A stretch of DNA of 62,647 nt, counting the filler. It is 12 parts of 12 records of this genome, joined end to end, with 100 filler letters (N's around TTAATTAATTAA, not from the genome) between each part and the next. Parts side by side here need not be neighbours in the genome. Positions count along the whole stretch, not along the records: positions 34,453 to 41,356 come from SRR15195285_11070; positions 41,457 to 46,973 come from SRR15195285_11079; 10 more parts are not named here. The stretch is one strand, 5' to 3'. Under the pieces are notes generated by a model, which was given only the letters and a program-made list of their open reading frames with translations, made no database searches and was not told the DNA's origin. How positions within the stretch are numbered: the first letter of the stretch is position 1; the number at the start of each line of letters is the position of its first letter. Positions 34,763 through 47,073 of the stretch are shown here, one piece after another. The position numbers were made by a program, and so were the translations under genes.

Positions 34763-37700
34763 TTACAGCGGACCAGTGTGTGGCTGGGAGGCCACGAGGG
34801 CATGCAGCTGCGCGCTCAACCGACGGACGTCTTCTGCGTGTGCGGGCACTGTCGCCAGGTTGACATTCTCGAATTCATCGAAGCACGTCGCGCCACCATC
34901 GTCTGCATGGTGGGCGTAGAGCTCCCGACCAGCCAGCACACTCCAGTCGGGCAGCTGCTTGCTGCCGTCCCACTTCGCCCACTCCGTGTAGCGAAAGTCG
35001 GCCGTCCGCATGGAGTAGCCCATCCATGGGATGTCAAGGCGGTCCGTCATCTCACACCAGTTGTTTTGCCACATTATTGACGTGTTTGTCGTCCACTGTC
35101 CCTCCGGCGTGGCTGGGCAGCGTGGGTACTGGCTCAGTGCTGGCTTGGTCCACTTGGAGGAGGCGCCGGTCGGGTCCTGCAGCAGAGCAACTAGACTTGT
35201 ACCGTCAAGCGTCTCGCCTCGTGGCGGCGGAAGTCCAGTGAGCGCGATCGTCGTGGGATCTGAAGCGAGCAGACAAGACAACTGTTGAAAAGACAGGGTG
35301 CGTTCACTACCAGTGCGATGATGGCAGGAGGACGTTGGGCTGCTAACGTGTTTGATCTTCCAAGTAGCTACTCACAAATATCAACGAGCTCGACCACGCT
35401 AGATGACCGTTTACCTACCGACTGCGCCAGCCACGGTGCCGAGATCACTAGTGGTACCCTCACCCCAGTCTCCCAGTTTGTGAATTTTTGCCACTGCCCA
35501 TGCTCGCCCAAATTCCAGCCCTGTGGGCTCACAGATTGAACCATATCAGCTATCTGGTCAGCGAAAGTACGCACATGCACGTGCATCCGCGTGTTGTGTG
35601 GGTTGGCTCACATGATCGCTGTGGAAGACAATGAGTGTGTCTGCCGTTGCCTTCACTTCCGTGAGCGTGTCAATGACGCGACCAATCTGACTATCAACCC
35701 CTGTAAGACGTAAAAACAGTGTCAGACTGACTGAGTGAAGGCGATGTCCGCATACATGCACAGATGGCAGCGCACATGACACAGCCCCATAGTACGACAG
35801 CCTGGACCACTGTGCCGTTAGATTCGGCATTGGATGATAGGGATCTCCACCCGACTGCGACTGCAGATCCGGTGTGTGATGAGCGATTGGCGGCACGCTC
35901 GGATCCATTGTCCGGTGCTTTGCCAGCTCGATCTGTGCTGGTACACCGTAGTATTGCAGAAATGACTTCGGGAATCGCCAGGGCATGTGGGGCTTTCTGA
36001 AGCCCGCTGCAAGAAACCATGGACGGCCCGTGCGCTGTTTGAAGGCACTGGCAAGCTGTAGCTTCGCAACAGCATCATCACCGATCGTCTTGTCGCACAG
36101 CGGCGCCTGGTCTGGGTCAGAGATGACGCCGTTGTGGTCTGCTGCGGCGAGAGGACAGCCTTGTGAACCACCCTTCTTGCAATTCTCGGAGATACTGCCG
36201 TTGGCGGTACAGTCGGGGCATGCATACATGTTCGCCACTGAGTTCACCTACAACCGAAGGCATCCAATTCACCACGTTTTCTTTTTGCAGGCAGGTTGAA
36301 AGATCAATTCAGTAGAAAATGTCGTATGTGAGCCTTTAGTTGGATTTCGTACGAGCGCCATCGAGCAACCATGGCTCCAGCACACCGGGTCTTGATTTGG
36401 CGGCATCCCCCAACCCATGCCCCCATTCGCTCCTACAGATTCACAATCGATCAATCAAGCAACGTTCGGACTGTGTTTTGGGATAATGGTGTCTTTTTCT
36501 CACTCACCAGCACCGGGCGAGCTCATCGAGAGCCCACCTTCCTCCGTGTGCCACACCTTCCCTGTCGACAGCGTGAGGTAGCCATTCTTTTTGAAGTGCT
36601 CGGGGTGTGCCGTCCACTTTGCTGAGGTGAACTCACCGCTGCCGCCTGAAATCACACCCATTGGTGCCGGTGTAGTGTGCAGTGTCGAAAGTGCGGCGGA
36701 GAAGAGTGAGCAGACCGAGGCGCTGGCTCCCTTGGCCTTGAGACTGTTCGTTCCGCCGTGGTAGGTAAACGCTTTACACGCGGGATCGTTCGTGCATTGC
36801 GTGCAGCATTCGCCAGCGGCACCTAGATTCTGTTCAATCGTGATATTCTTGATGAATGATGACGACATGTCGATTGCGGTCTGAGTCACTGCTGTCGAAC
36901 ACTGTGCCTGCCTGATATGGTTCTTGAAGTTATAGATTCCGGAAGTGCCTGGGCGCCGACCGCTGAGGAAGGACATTCGCGAGGGGCTGCAGACGGCAAT
37001 TTGGCAGTAAGCGTGCTCGAACGTCATTCCCGCCTTGGCTAGCCGCTCGATGTTGGGCGTGTGCATCTCTGCCTTTCCGTAAATCGAGAGCTGCGGCCGG
37101 AGGTCGTCGACAAGCAGATACAGGACGTTCTTCGCCCCAACAGGAGGTGCCGGTGGCATATCTGCTGGATCGTTCGCCGCACACATTGTCAGGTTGCCAG
37201 CTGCGGCTTCGCCTAGCACCGTGCTCGTCCACTCATTACGCAGTCCGTGCCAGAAGATACCACTCAGTGCAGAGCCATTCGGAAGCGACGGAAGCCAAAC
37301 CGACAATTTGCCTGTTCCCGCTTTTGGCAGCGGATGTGGCCATGCCGACGGCTGTTTCGATCCGAGGAACCAACCTAGAAAGCATTTGGTTTGGTGGTTC
37401 CCACGGGAATTGTATGCCTCTTGAAGCTCGAGCTCCTGGCCGTCCAACCACATACGTGGCTTGGTGAAGTTGATCGATGGTTGGAGGATATAAGGGAACA
37501 ACAGCAAGCGATTGCCGAGCCAGGTAGCGTCTAAATCCTGGGGATTCCATGGTATCGGGTAGGCGTGCTGCATCGACTGCAGCTGCCGATCCATCGAGCT
37601 GTCGGTCCTGATGCTCGTGTTGAACCACCCCCCTGTGTAGCCAGCGGGAGGTGAAGTCTGAGTTGCCTCAGCGTTCTCACGCAGTCTAGCGAAGCCTCTG

Positions 37701-40700
37701 AAACGCAGCAAGAGTGGCGTGCATTCGCCCAGTGATTGGGCTGCTGGCGAGTCCATGCAACCTGAGCCTTTGCCCGCCATGACACTGATTCCATTGACGA
37801 CCGGGAACTGGGGGCGCAACTGGGTCAGTGCAACAGCTGTACTGCTGTCACCACTGAGCCCAATTGCACCAGTCACTTCAAGATTCGACCTTTTCTTGGT
37901 CGGCTGGCCGGTGGGCACGTGGGTCTCTGTGGCATTTGTGTACGAAAGATTGAAGACTATCGGCAAGGAAAGTGTCGTTGGATCTACATGTCGCAGCCGC
38001 AACACCTGGCAATGACCACTCACGCTGACATGGACTGCCTGTCCGTGTTGCCACAGCCCGATTGGTGTCTGACGCCTATCTTCTTCCTCCCGCGGGTAGA
38101 TCTCATGGACGAGCCACGTACCACCGGAGGACGTGTTTGAGATACCCATGCCTTCGTCGACAGTTAGCGTCGCCTGAACAGGGCGCGGCCCTGGATTGTA
38201 CAGGAAAAGGAAGCCTTCCGAGTCATCTGGCAACATCGATGCGGTGCCATCTAGGAAACCGACTCGCGGCTCCCCTGCACCTGCTGCCTGGCCACGGTCG
38301 AGCGCAGCAAGCGGGATAGTTTGATGCAGGGCCTTGTAGTTTGTGTCTGTGAAATTTAGCCACTTCTGTATCCAGTCAACCTCTGTTTGTGGAAAAGATT
38401 CAAATTCCGCTTGATCTCGTGCGGGTAGCATCGCCACCACATTATTCAGCCCGGCAGTGCCGATTGATGACAACAGCCCAAAACGGTAACCGAGGAAGTC
38501 GAAATCACGAACGTTCGCGTGTGAGAAGTTGCCGGTGTTGGGGCCCTGGCACGCACATTCTCCTGGATGTGCGCAGCCCTGCCAGATACCTTGGCTGTCG
38601 AAATGACCCTTGGCGTTGCATCGGTTGTCGAAATGGCGCTCGGACTGATGGAACATGAATCCAGGTATCCGTACATTTGGCTCTAGCTGCCGGCCGCGAT
38701 AGACCAAATTGACCCTGCGAAGATTGTTGGCCAGCACACCGTCAGTCGACAGGGTTGGGACGCCCCCTGCTCCTGCGGCGCCGTAACTTTCTGGGTTCTC
38801 GTCACCAGCGATCGGCTCTGTGTATGACCCAGCAGCGTGGTTCCACGGCCCCCAGATGTGCGACGACTGCCTGTGGTCCATCACAATCTCAGGATGATCC
38901 GCACGCAACAACGCCAAAATTCGAGTCCATCCACGCCACTCTGCGTACTCGGTCGGCTGACGCCAATCCTTGAAGCCCGTGTAATCCCATGCGAATCCGC
39001 CGATACCGGTAGCATTGACAAAGCCCGAAAGCAGTGTCGCAAGGTAAACTTGAAAGCGTGGGTCAGCTAGTGAGGCCCTGTGCTCGCAGATGGTGCAGTT
39101 CTTGCTGTTCTTCGCCTGCATCCACACAACATCGTAGCTGAGCCCAAGCAAAGAACCATTGAATCCGATGACAAGATAATTAGACGACAGGCACACGTTG
39201 TTCCCATGGTTGTCCTTCTCGATGTACAGCCAACCATCCTTGTCCTATGAGAACATCATTTTCAGTTGAGTAATCCTCCTACAGCGGTTCGGGTTCGTCT
39301 GTTGCGACTTGCCCACATGACAGATTGCGTGCAGCTACCTCACCGTTGGCTCACCGCCTGGCCCTTGAAATGGGAGTACAGGATATGCGTAGGCCATCAG
39401 CTTTACCCCCTTGCTCAGCCCGTACTGTATCATCTCTTGAATTTCAGGTGGCACAGAATCCCTACCAGGAAGCCACTTCTGCTCTCGGATTGCCTATAGA
39501 TGCATGGCGGACGGCGGCGTCACTGGTCAGGCAGGGACGACAGCCACGTAGACTTGAGTAGGCAATCGAGCAAACCGACGATAGTATCGTACTTGTCCCA
39601 GCTCGATCCATAGGGCTTCTTCCCAGCCCCACACGTCAGACGAGGCATTGATTACTGACCGAAGCGAGTTCTGCGGGGCGTAAATTGCGTGCGTCACCCC
39701 TAGGGAAGCATCTCGGTCCAGCATCCGCTTGTATCTGCAGAACGCAAAGACGTGAGCAGCCTGGTCTTATTGCCAGGGGCAGCAACAAGACGGCCAGACG
39801 CACTCGGTTCGCCCGGCAGCGGTGCCTACATCCACCTGATAGTCATTGGAATCCCAGCCAACCTGGACGCGAACAGGGCGGCGGCTTGCCCCACCGTCTA
39901 GCAACGAAGATTCAACTGCAGCCGATGATGTGCAAGTCAGGTGTCAGCACCACAGTCAGTTTACAAGCTGCCAGTCACAGGCTCACCTGCCGCCGTGAAG
40001 GCTTGCCGCTCGCCCAGATTAACACCACTGAACGAGTCCACTTCGTACTGCTGTAGGCTCGTCAGCCCTAGCACAGCTGCCTCCGCCTCATACCACGTCG
40101 TGTGGCGCTTCGTCTGTAGAAAGATTGGCTCGAAGTGGGCGTGTACCACCGGTGGAAGCACATCCGAAGGCGGGGCAGGGGCAGGGGGGTGGGGCCCAGG
40201 AGGTGAAGGAGGATGTGGGTGCGGCGTGGGTCCTGGCCTGGCGGAGCAGACCCCGCGGCAACCGCAGTCGTATCCAGGATTTGGGATCGGTACCGTGGTT
40301 GTGTTGTAAAGTGCACACCAGTGTGTCTTGGCCTTTGGGTCGTGATGATTTTTCCACTCGAACTCAACGCAGGTAACCTCTGCCGCACACGCCGCTTGGC
40401 ACGCGGCAAACGACGTGACGTCGCTGAAGAACTTGATCTTGTTGTTGTTGTTGCTACAGGCGTGCGCCATCGCCTTCCCCCATGTAATGTCAGTTGTGGT
40501 AGCAGCAGCCCCATCATTTACAGCGCCACTCATGTTGGGAGCCAAATAGACACCGAAGGGGTTCATGATTGAGCAGAAGAGTCCAGCGGAGTCCTTCCGA
40601 AAAAACGCCGCAATATATGCTGGCTGCAGTTCGCCTGGCGGGACACCCGTGACTGTCGCACCCAACGCCTCCTCGTCTTTGGGGTGAAATGTTGCAGGCC

Positions 40701-41205
40701 CTGCGATGGGGTTCTCCGTGGCACGGCCGGTGTAGCCAGGGCTGAGCGCGAGGCCAGTCCAGTGCGTGACCTTGCGGATGGTCCCCTCCCATGAGGCCTC
40801 GCACGCGCCGTCTGCGCCACACTTGCAGCCGCGGAGGTGCTTCTTGAGAAAGCTCCAGTCAGATTGCAGCTCATATGACACCTCGACGCAATACCCTGCG
40901 GTTGGGCAGTTGTAGGAGAAGGTAGCGTCTACGGCAGTCGGGTGGAAGCTCTTAAGTGCGCAGACACCGCTGCCACCGGCCCCTGTGAGCGTGAAAGCTT
41001 CTGCTGTGTTGTTGAGCGCCGACACATCGAGTGCCCAGCCGTCGCTCCCGAGCGCGAAGCTGTGCGCAGCAGCCCCAGCCGCTGCTGTGATGTTCAGTAG
41101 CCCGTGCACTGAGTCGATGCTCGCCACAAGCTGCGCGTTCCGCAGAACGGCGACCTTCGCCTGCGATCCGCAGGTGGACAGTAGCAACACGAGCGGGGCC
41201 AGCAT
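34763..41205 (-). CDS. Secreted multidomain enzyme: PAN/apple, GH36-like (clan GH-D) barrel and iduronate-2-sulfatase-like S1 sulfatase; ~11 exons, ~1,850 aa
   Basis: Signal MLAPLVLLLSTCGSQA; PAN motif ACQAACAAEVTCVEFEW; GIGGFAWDY...ILALLRADHPEIV; sulfatase NVLYLLVDDLRP, CQIAVCSPSRMSFLSGRRP, GKVWH, GFRKPHMPW, VFHSDHGWNLGEHGQWQK, VELVDIYPT, MGYSMRT..FRYTEW. The GH-like and sulfatase parts share one uninterrupted ORF (36500-39196). Confidence 0.85.
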
Positions 41206-41356
41206 CCCAGCAGCGGCGCGTTGCGAATCGACGGATCGAGCGCGATCGTCGCGTGCGCGCATGCACGCGCGTCCGTCCCTGCAGCTGCTCTGCATGCTGT
41301 TAAAACACCGCCGATCATGGACTCCGGAGGGTGGGACCAAGCACAGTGCCCAGATT

Positions 41357-41456
41357 NNNNNNNNNNNNNNNNNNNNNNNNNNNNNNNNNNNNNNNNNNNN
41401 TTAATTAATTAANNNNNNNNNNNNNNNNNNNNNNNNNNNNNNNNNNNNNNNNNNNN
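41357..41456. other. Artificial contig linker
   Basis: N44-TTAATTAATTAA-N44. Confidence 0.99.
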
Positions 41457-41885
41457 GAGCCAGAGCCAGAGCCAGAGCCAGAAACGGCAACCGGTTCTTG
41501 TTCCACGCCGAGTGACGGTGCCACGAGCAGTGCACAGCAGGCAACAACACCCGAGGAGCAGCCTTCACTGCAAACAGCAAACGAGAAGCGAGCGGACTTC
41601 AAAGACAAGCAAAGTGTGGGCAGTAGTCCGCTTGATCTAGCAGCTCTGAAGGCCTGGTGCGAAGAGCAACTGGAACAGATGCGCTCCGAACACGCCAAAA
41701 GCATGGCTAAAATCCTTGAGCGTGACAGGGAGCAAGCAACCTTGACGGATCGTGTCTCGGCGCTTGAACAAGGGCAGCAGACTCTACGGAACGATGTAGC
41801 AACCTTAATGCAGCTGGCAAACTCCCATAAGGAGCAAATGAGTGCTGTTCATGAGAGGATCGATGCTACGCTGGGTACCGAGTGA
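41457..41885 (+). CDS. C-terminal coiled-coil fragment of a 5'-truncated protein beginning in a (GAGCCA)n = EPEP repeat
   Basis: Open frame from the contig start through EPEPEPEPE to heptad-rich LEQMRSEHAK...LTDRVSALEQGQQTLRNDVATL; stop at 41885. Confidence 0.65.
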   Translation, partial: EPEPEPEPETATGSCSTPSDGATSSAQQATTPEEQPSLQTANEKRADFKDKQSVGSSPLDLAALKAWCEEQLEQMRSEHAKSMAKILERDREQATLTDRVSALEQGQQTLRNDVATLMQLANSHKEQMSAVHERIDATLGTE

Positions 41886-42166
41886 ACCAATGGACGAGCT
41901 GAGTGTCAGTGTGCCCAGCCGGCTGAGTGTGGCGGATGTTCCACAATCATCATAATAGATCCACAGTTGATTCAGTCTCTACCCGACAGCTCAGGAGTGT
42001 GCTCCCATAGCGTCGTGCACACTGCAACTCGTTCCTACTTCTGCACTCGCTCACTCGCCCGCGTTGACGCTTGGTCTCTCGCGCGCATCTCTGTTTGCAT
42101 GCATCTTGTTGCCTCTCATCTGTCCGAAGACATCGAGTCTTCTGCACTGTTTGGCTTCAGGTACCT

Positions 42167-43848
42167 TCAGCGAAGGCCGTCATAGTTGATCGATCCGGAG
42201 CCACCTGTGCCGCCGCAGTACACGAGTTGTTCAGGATACATGAGCGGTAAAGGGACTGGGGGGCGTCGCGAGAATAACGTCGAGCGCTAACACTGCCTAG
42301 GCTGCACCAGCTGGCGCGTTCGTCTAGTGCGTGGCTGCCACGTGGCAACTGTGTACGTACCGAGCAGAGGCGGCATGTTTTTCTTCAAAGTCTCAATTTC
42401 CTTGCGCTCCATGTTGTCCGCGAAGGTCACAGAAATGAGGCCAAGCGCGATCAGAACGCCGCCAAGCAACTCCATCGTCGTTAGGGTCTCACAGAACGGA
42501 CCAACCGCGCCTGCATCTGAGCCGGAGCCGGAGTCATCAACCCAAGTGCCTAGCCCATAGTCTTCAGCCACGTCCACCGCGGAGCCACCGGAGGCCTTCG
42601 GGAAGATTCCAATAGGGCAGGAGGCGAGGATCACAGCGACAGGGACCTGGACTGGCCAGAATGCGGTCACAACCGTGGCGGGAAGGTGCTTGTTTGCAAA
42701 CGTGATCAGGCCGTAGCAGAGTGCTGAGTCGACCAGCACCACGACACACACATACACACACGCACACACAACAGCGAGTGAGATCAGGCACCACAGAAAA
42801 CCTACTTGCAGTCTCAAGCAGCAACTCACCGGATGAAATGAACACGGCATAAACGAGGCCGACGAACATCGGCTTAGGGATGTGAAATGGATCTGGGTCC
42901 TGATCGCCGAATCCCAAGAATTCTACCTTCAGGGCGTTCCCGACTAGAGCAGTGATGATCATCGCGATCGCGCCGAAGAAGTACGACCACGCGGTGATGT
43001 GCACGGGATTCTTTACCCAAATTGAGCCAACGGCCCCAGGTTCCTTGTCGTTGCGGAAGATGAAAACTTTTTGAATGTTGATGTACAGTGCCATGCAGGA
43101 GCAGTTGAGGAGCAGGAAAATATTCCCGATACTCGCCTTCTTGGCCTCGGCCGAGCTGGCCTTGTGGTCTGGCTTGCCCAGCGTGAGCACAAGCGCGCCT
43201 CCTGCCGCGCAGAGGATGCCGAGCAGCTTGAGCCACCCACGGAACTTCGCCAGTGGTGGGAAAGGCTCCACTCGAAGAATGATCGCGAAAAATGCCGCGA
43301 AGACGGGAATGGCCGGCTGCCAGCACGACGCGACCGTGGCTGACGTGTAGTAGAGACCGAGGATGTAGAACAGCTGATTGCCCCACATGCCTGTAACACC
43401 CAGCATGCAGAACACCCCGAGCTCCTTGGCGGACTTGGGGAACTTGCAGCCACCTTCGAGCAAGGCAGCAGCGATCAGCAGGACCGGGAAGCAGCAGCCG
43501 TCGCGGAAGAATGAGAACACGACGGCGTTCGCTTTCGCCCCCTCGGCGAACTTCTTCAGCACTGTCCACATGGCAGCAGTTCACACTCGCGTCATTTTCT
43601 GCGCGTGGATACGCAGGAGGCGGTATGCCCGCTATGGAATGGAATCAGTGCAGAGCGGGGACGGCGGCAGCGGAGAGCCGCCGGGGCACAACTGCTAAAC
43701 TAGCGTGGCCGAGCCCCAACCGTCACCCTCCTCCCAGCAAAACCCCCCGCCTGAACGCACCGATACCATAGCCTCCGAAGCCAACCTGCACCACCAAGCA
43801 CGCCAGCAGCACCACAGCCACGGGCGGAGCGCCGCCAACAACCGCCAT
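42167..43848 (-). CDS. EamA/DMT-superfamily (WAT1-related) transporter; exons 43848-43761, 43561-42830, 42723-~42361, ~42203-42167
   Basis: VVQVGFGGYGIV, VFSFFRD, LGVTGMWGNQLFYILGLYYTSATVASCWQPAIPVF, ITAWSYFFGA, YAVFISSALCYGLITFA, VVTAFWPVQ, GGVLIALGL; about 10 TM helices. Confidence 0.9.
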
Positions 43849-44322
43849 CCTTCCGCCGTGGTGCCCGAAGGTGAGCAGAGGACGGTAATTCCTACCGCCA
43901 ACACCCCGCGGGCCCGCGCACGCAGATCGGTGATCGGGGGCCGACGGTTGGATCTAACTAACCACTAAGGCTACGTGTGTACACTAGCTACTAGATCAAA
44001 TGAATTTTTCTTACTAGATCTATGCATAGTGTACACAGTAGTTGTGAATCACTGATCCTGAGACCACGGTATCGTATTGAGGTCTGATGTAGGCGCCATG
44101 CGCGTACGCGTACGGCCGTACGGCGCGGCGCCGGCCGCCGCGCGGTGGGGGAGCGACGGAGCGTACGGTAGCGAGCGCGCGTACTATAGTGCGTGGAGCG
44201 GGCTGCTAGTGGGCGTCGTGTCTTTGCTGGCGCTGTACGAGAGTGACTGGTTGCCACTGCACACCTTTCTGCTGCTGTGTTACAATGACAAGAACCCTCG
44301 TGGTTATGACACGCTAAATTAC

Positions 44323-46269
44323 ATGAGCCTGTCAAATGCAGTCAAGCTCGAGCTTGCCGAAGCTGCAACCTTGTCAAACGAGCTCCCAGCCACAAGCTTG
44401 TCAACGACGCTGCAGGGCGACTTAGGCGATTCGGAGCTGGTCTCCAAACTCAGCGCGGCGCTGCGGGGCAACACACACGTGACACGTGTCGACATCAGCC
44501 AGAGGGAAGCCGAAGACACCTCCAAAACGTTGACAATGGACACGGCAGCACTTAATGCGGCGATTCAGTCGCTGCTGGTTCCAGCAATTCGTTGGGGTGG
44601 ATCAAACGTGACCGAGGTTAACCTTGACGGCCACGGCAGCGGATCAATCTCCGCCGCCAGATTATTGACCGACGGAGTGCGCTCTGAATTAATCGGCGCC
44701 TGTCTGGCGAATGATCTCAGACCTGTCATCGAGAACGACAAGTCCGTCACAGACCTGGACATTTGGTCTGCGGGAGACGAACATATGCCCGCAGTGGTGA
44801 GCGCTCTTGTCGGCAACACAAACCTACAGACTATAGGGTTTCTTGACAACGGGCCTGGGCATTCATCAACAGTCACCGCTGCTGGTGTCCGGACCCTGCT
44901 CCCGGCGTTGAAAGACTGCAACGTGTGGGGTATCACATTGGAGGGGGCGCATGATATTCCTCAGGGACCGGACGACGAGGACGCAATCAACCTCCACGTG
45001 GAGATTGGAGACGCTTGCTTCGCAAATGTTGTGCGGCTTATCCGTGCCGATGAACCCGATCGAACATCGCTGAGTTTCTTTTATACTCATCTCCGCGATG
45101 AACATATGGCGGAGCTCGGGGGTGCATTGGCACAGAACTGCAGCTTGCGCAACTTGGATTTCTCAGGCTGCCACTTGCTCTCAGCGGCTGGGCTGCTGGC
45201 ATTGCTGCCAGCTCTACGCCAGTGTCACATCCACAAGCTCGAGATATGGTCGCTTCGGCAGGTGCAAGAGCACCCTCAGTGGAAGGAGCTACAGTCGCTG
45301 ATGCGTTCAAGAATCTTGGCCAGCATTTCGGCAAACAGCCCACACCTGCAAGAACTGTATGTAGACGAGTCGTGGCTGCCGCACGATCTGGATGAAGAAG
45401 CGCATTTGGGGGAGCTCTCACGCGCGTTGTATGGTAACACGCATCTGTGGAAGATCGTTGACTTCCGAGAATCCAACCCTCCGTACGATCGAGACAGTTC
45501 AGACGACGAAGACACTGACACGGACGGCCTTTCTAACGTTTCGCTCGATCACATTTTGGCTGGAATTGAACGCTCTGATGTGACGACCGTCTCGTTTGGA
45601 TTCGGTGTCCGCGATCTTTTATCGAGCCGAGGACAGAGGATTAGGCGAGCCTGTACGAACAATACTCTGCGGCTTGCTGACGCGAATGATCCACGAATTA
45701 CAGACCTGAAGCTATCTGCACAGGCAGGATTCACTGATGCCGACATCCCTCGAGTCGTGCAGGTGTTGCGGAAAAACACTTTCGTCACAAAACTTACTTT
45801 CAGCGGCAGCTTGATGCCGTTGACCAACACGATTGATGAGATCACTGACGCAGGTGTGAACGTTCTACTGCGTGACTTGGGTGACCTGGCTATGTGCCGC
45901 GTGACTGGTGTAGACTTTGACTACTGTCAGCACTTATCTAGCGGCTTGGTGCAACGCGTTGAGGAGATCTGCCGGAAGAGAAAGGCCGTCGCTGGCATGC
46001 GTGCGGCTTCACTACGGCTGCACCGTCCCTTCCAACGGCTTCTGCTGGCGCAAATATACGAACTCCCGTTGCTTCGCGCGGATTTTCCGGCGGAGCTGAT
46101 GCTAACCATCGCGGACTGTTTGAGGGCAAGTGAGACCAGCCCGTTCACTCATGCCAACGATCGAAGCATGCCAGATCATCGCGCAGCGTTCGAGTGGCAC
46201 GCTACGGCGTGGCGTGGCGGTGGTCCAACTGGTGGACCTACTGGAGCAAAGCGCCAAAAGTTGGATTAG
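44323..46269 (+). CDS. RNI-like / tropomodulin-like leucine-rich repeat protein, intronless (in-frame upstream ATG at 44098 also possible)
   Basis: Repeated units (NDKSVTDLDI, ADEPDRTSLSF, ANSPHLQELYV, ANDPRITDLKL) each followed by AL..NT.L..I; C-terminal basic AKRQKL NLS-like motif. Confidence 0.8.
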   Translation: MSLSNAVKLELAEAATLSNELPATSLSTTLQGDLGDSELVSKLSAALRGNTHVTRVDISQREAEDTSKTLTMDTAALNAAIQSLLVPAIRWGGSNVTEVNLDGHGSGSISAARLLTDGVRSELIGACLANDLRPVIENDKSVTDLDIWSAGDEHMPAVVSALVGNTNLQTIGFLDNGPGHSSTVTAAGVRTLLPALKDCNVWGITLEGAHDIPQGPDDEDAINLHVEIGDACFANVVRLIRADEPDRTSLSFFYTHLRDEHMAELGGALAQNCSLRNLDFSGCHLLSAAGLLALLPALRQCHIHKLEIWSLRQVQEHPQWKELQSLMRSRILASISANSPHLQELYVDESWLPHDLDEEAHLGELSRALYGNTHLWKIVDFRESNPPYDRDSSDDEDTDTDGLSNVSLDHILAGIERSDVTTVSFGFGVRDLLSSRGQRIRRACTNNTLRLADANDPRITDLKLSAQAGFTDADIPRVVQVLRKNTFVTKLTFSGSLMPLTNTIDEITDAGVNVLLRDLGDLAMCRVTGVDFDYCQHLSSGLVQRVEEICRKRKAVAGMRAASLRLHRPFQRLLLAQIYELPLLRADFPAELMLTIADCLRASETSPFTHANDRSMPDHRAAFEWHATAWRGGGPTGGPTGAKRQKLD

Positions 46270-46973
46270 AAAGGTTTAGACTCTTTGCAGTGAATCGACC
46301 ACCTGCCGAGATGGCTGCAGGTCTGCAACGCTGCAGGTCTCGACTGCATGGCTGTTTAGGCTTACAGTAGGCTAGATAAGCAGCTTAGCACGGGCGGGCT
46401 GGCAGGGAGCAGCCAGAGCAAGTTGCTGCTCAAGGTTGCCCCGGTGGCGCCAATGGCTGGGCGCAGTGGCGGTTTTTAAAAGCTTTGTATAAGACGGGGT
46501 GGCACTGGAAGATGTCAAGGGTGGCGAACTGAGTGTTTTGTTCCAAGATGGGTCCTTGAAGCAATCGATCGATCTGTGCAACCGTATCGTACGCCTAGAT
46601 GGCCGCAAGAATGGAAACGTGCTTGTGGAGCGTGACATGCACGTAAATGAACCGAGTAGTTGTACATTGAGCCTTCACCCATATAGTAATTATATGCATA
46701 TTATGCCCGGTAACTAACCCAGCCCCCATGTCGTATTCTTGTGGAGCCTTACAGTTTCTTTGTCACGCGTAGTGTGCACGCAACTTCTAGCTTTTTACGA
46801 TCGGGCGATGCGTCGAATGCACCCGGCGGTAGATGTTAAGTTAACCTTGTGGGGTGGGCCCAAAGTACCGTCCTCAACACTCAGGACGCGGCTGCAGAAA
46901 CCAAACCAATCTCATGCAAATACTTACAAGATAACACTGAATATTGACACAGGGCAACAGGCCTGTTGCCCTG

Positions 46974-47073
46974 NNNNNNNNNNNNNNNNNNNNNNNNNNN
47001 NNNNNNNNNNNNNNNNNTTAATTAATTAANNNNNNNNNNNNNNNNNNNNNNNNNNNNNNNNNNNNNNNNNNNN
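46974..47073. other. Artificial contig linker
   Basis: N44-TTAATTAATTAA-N44. Confidence 0.99.

Noticed and set aside
46310-46973. Possible gene at the end of contig 8 (ALEDVKGGELSVLFQDGSLKQ...)
   Set aside because: Coding-like fragment with a possible donor, but no consistent start or exon chain could be built.
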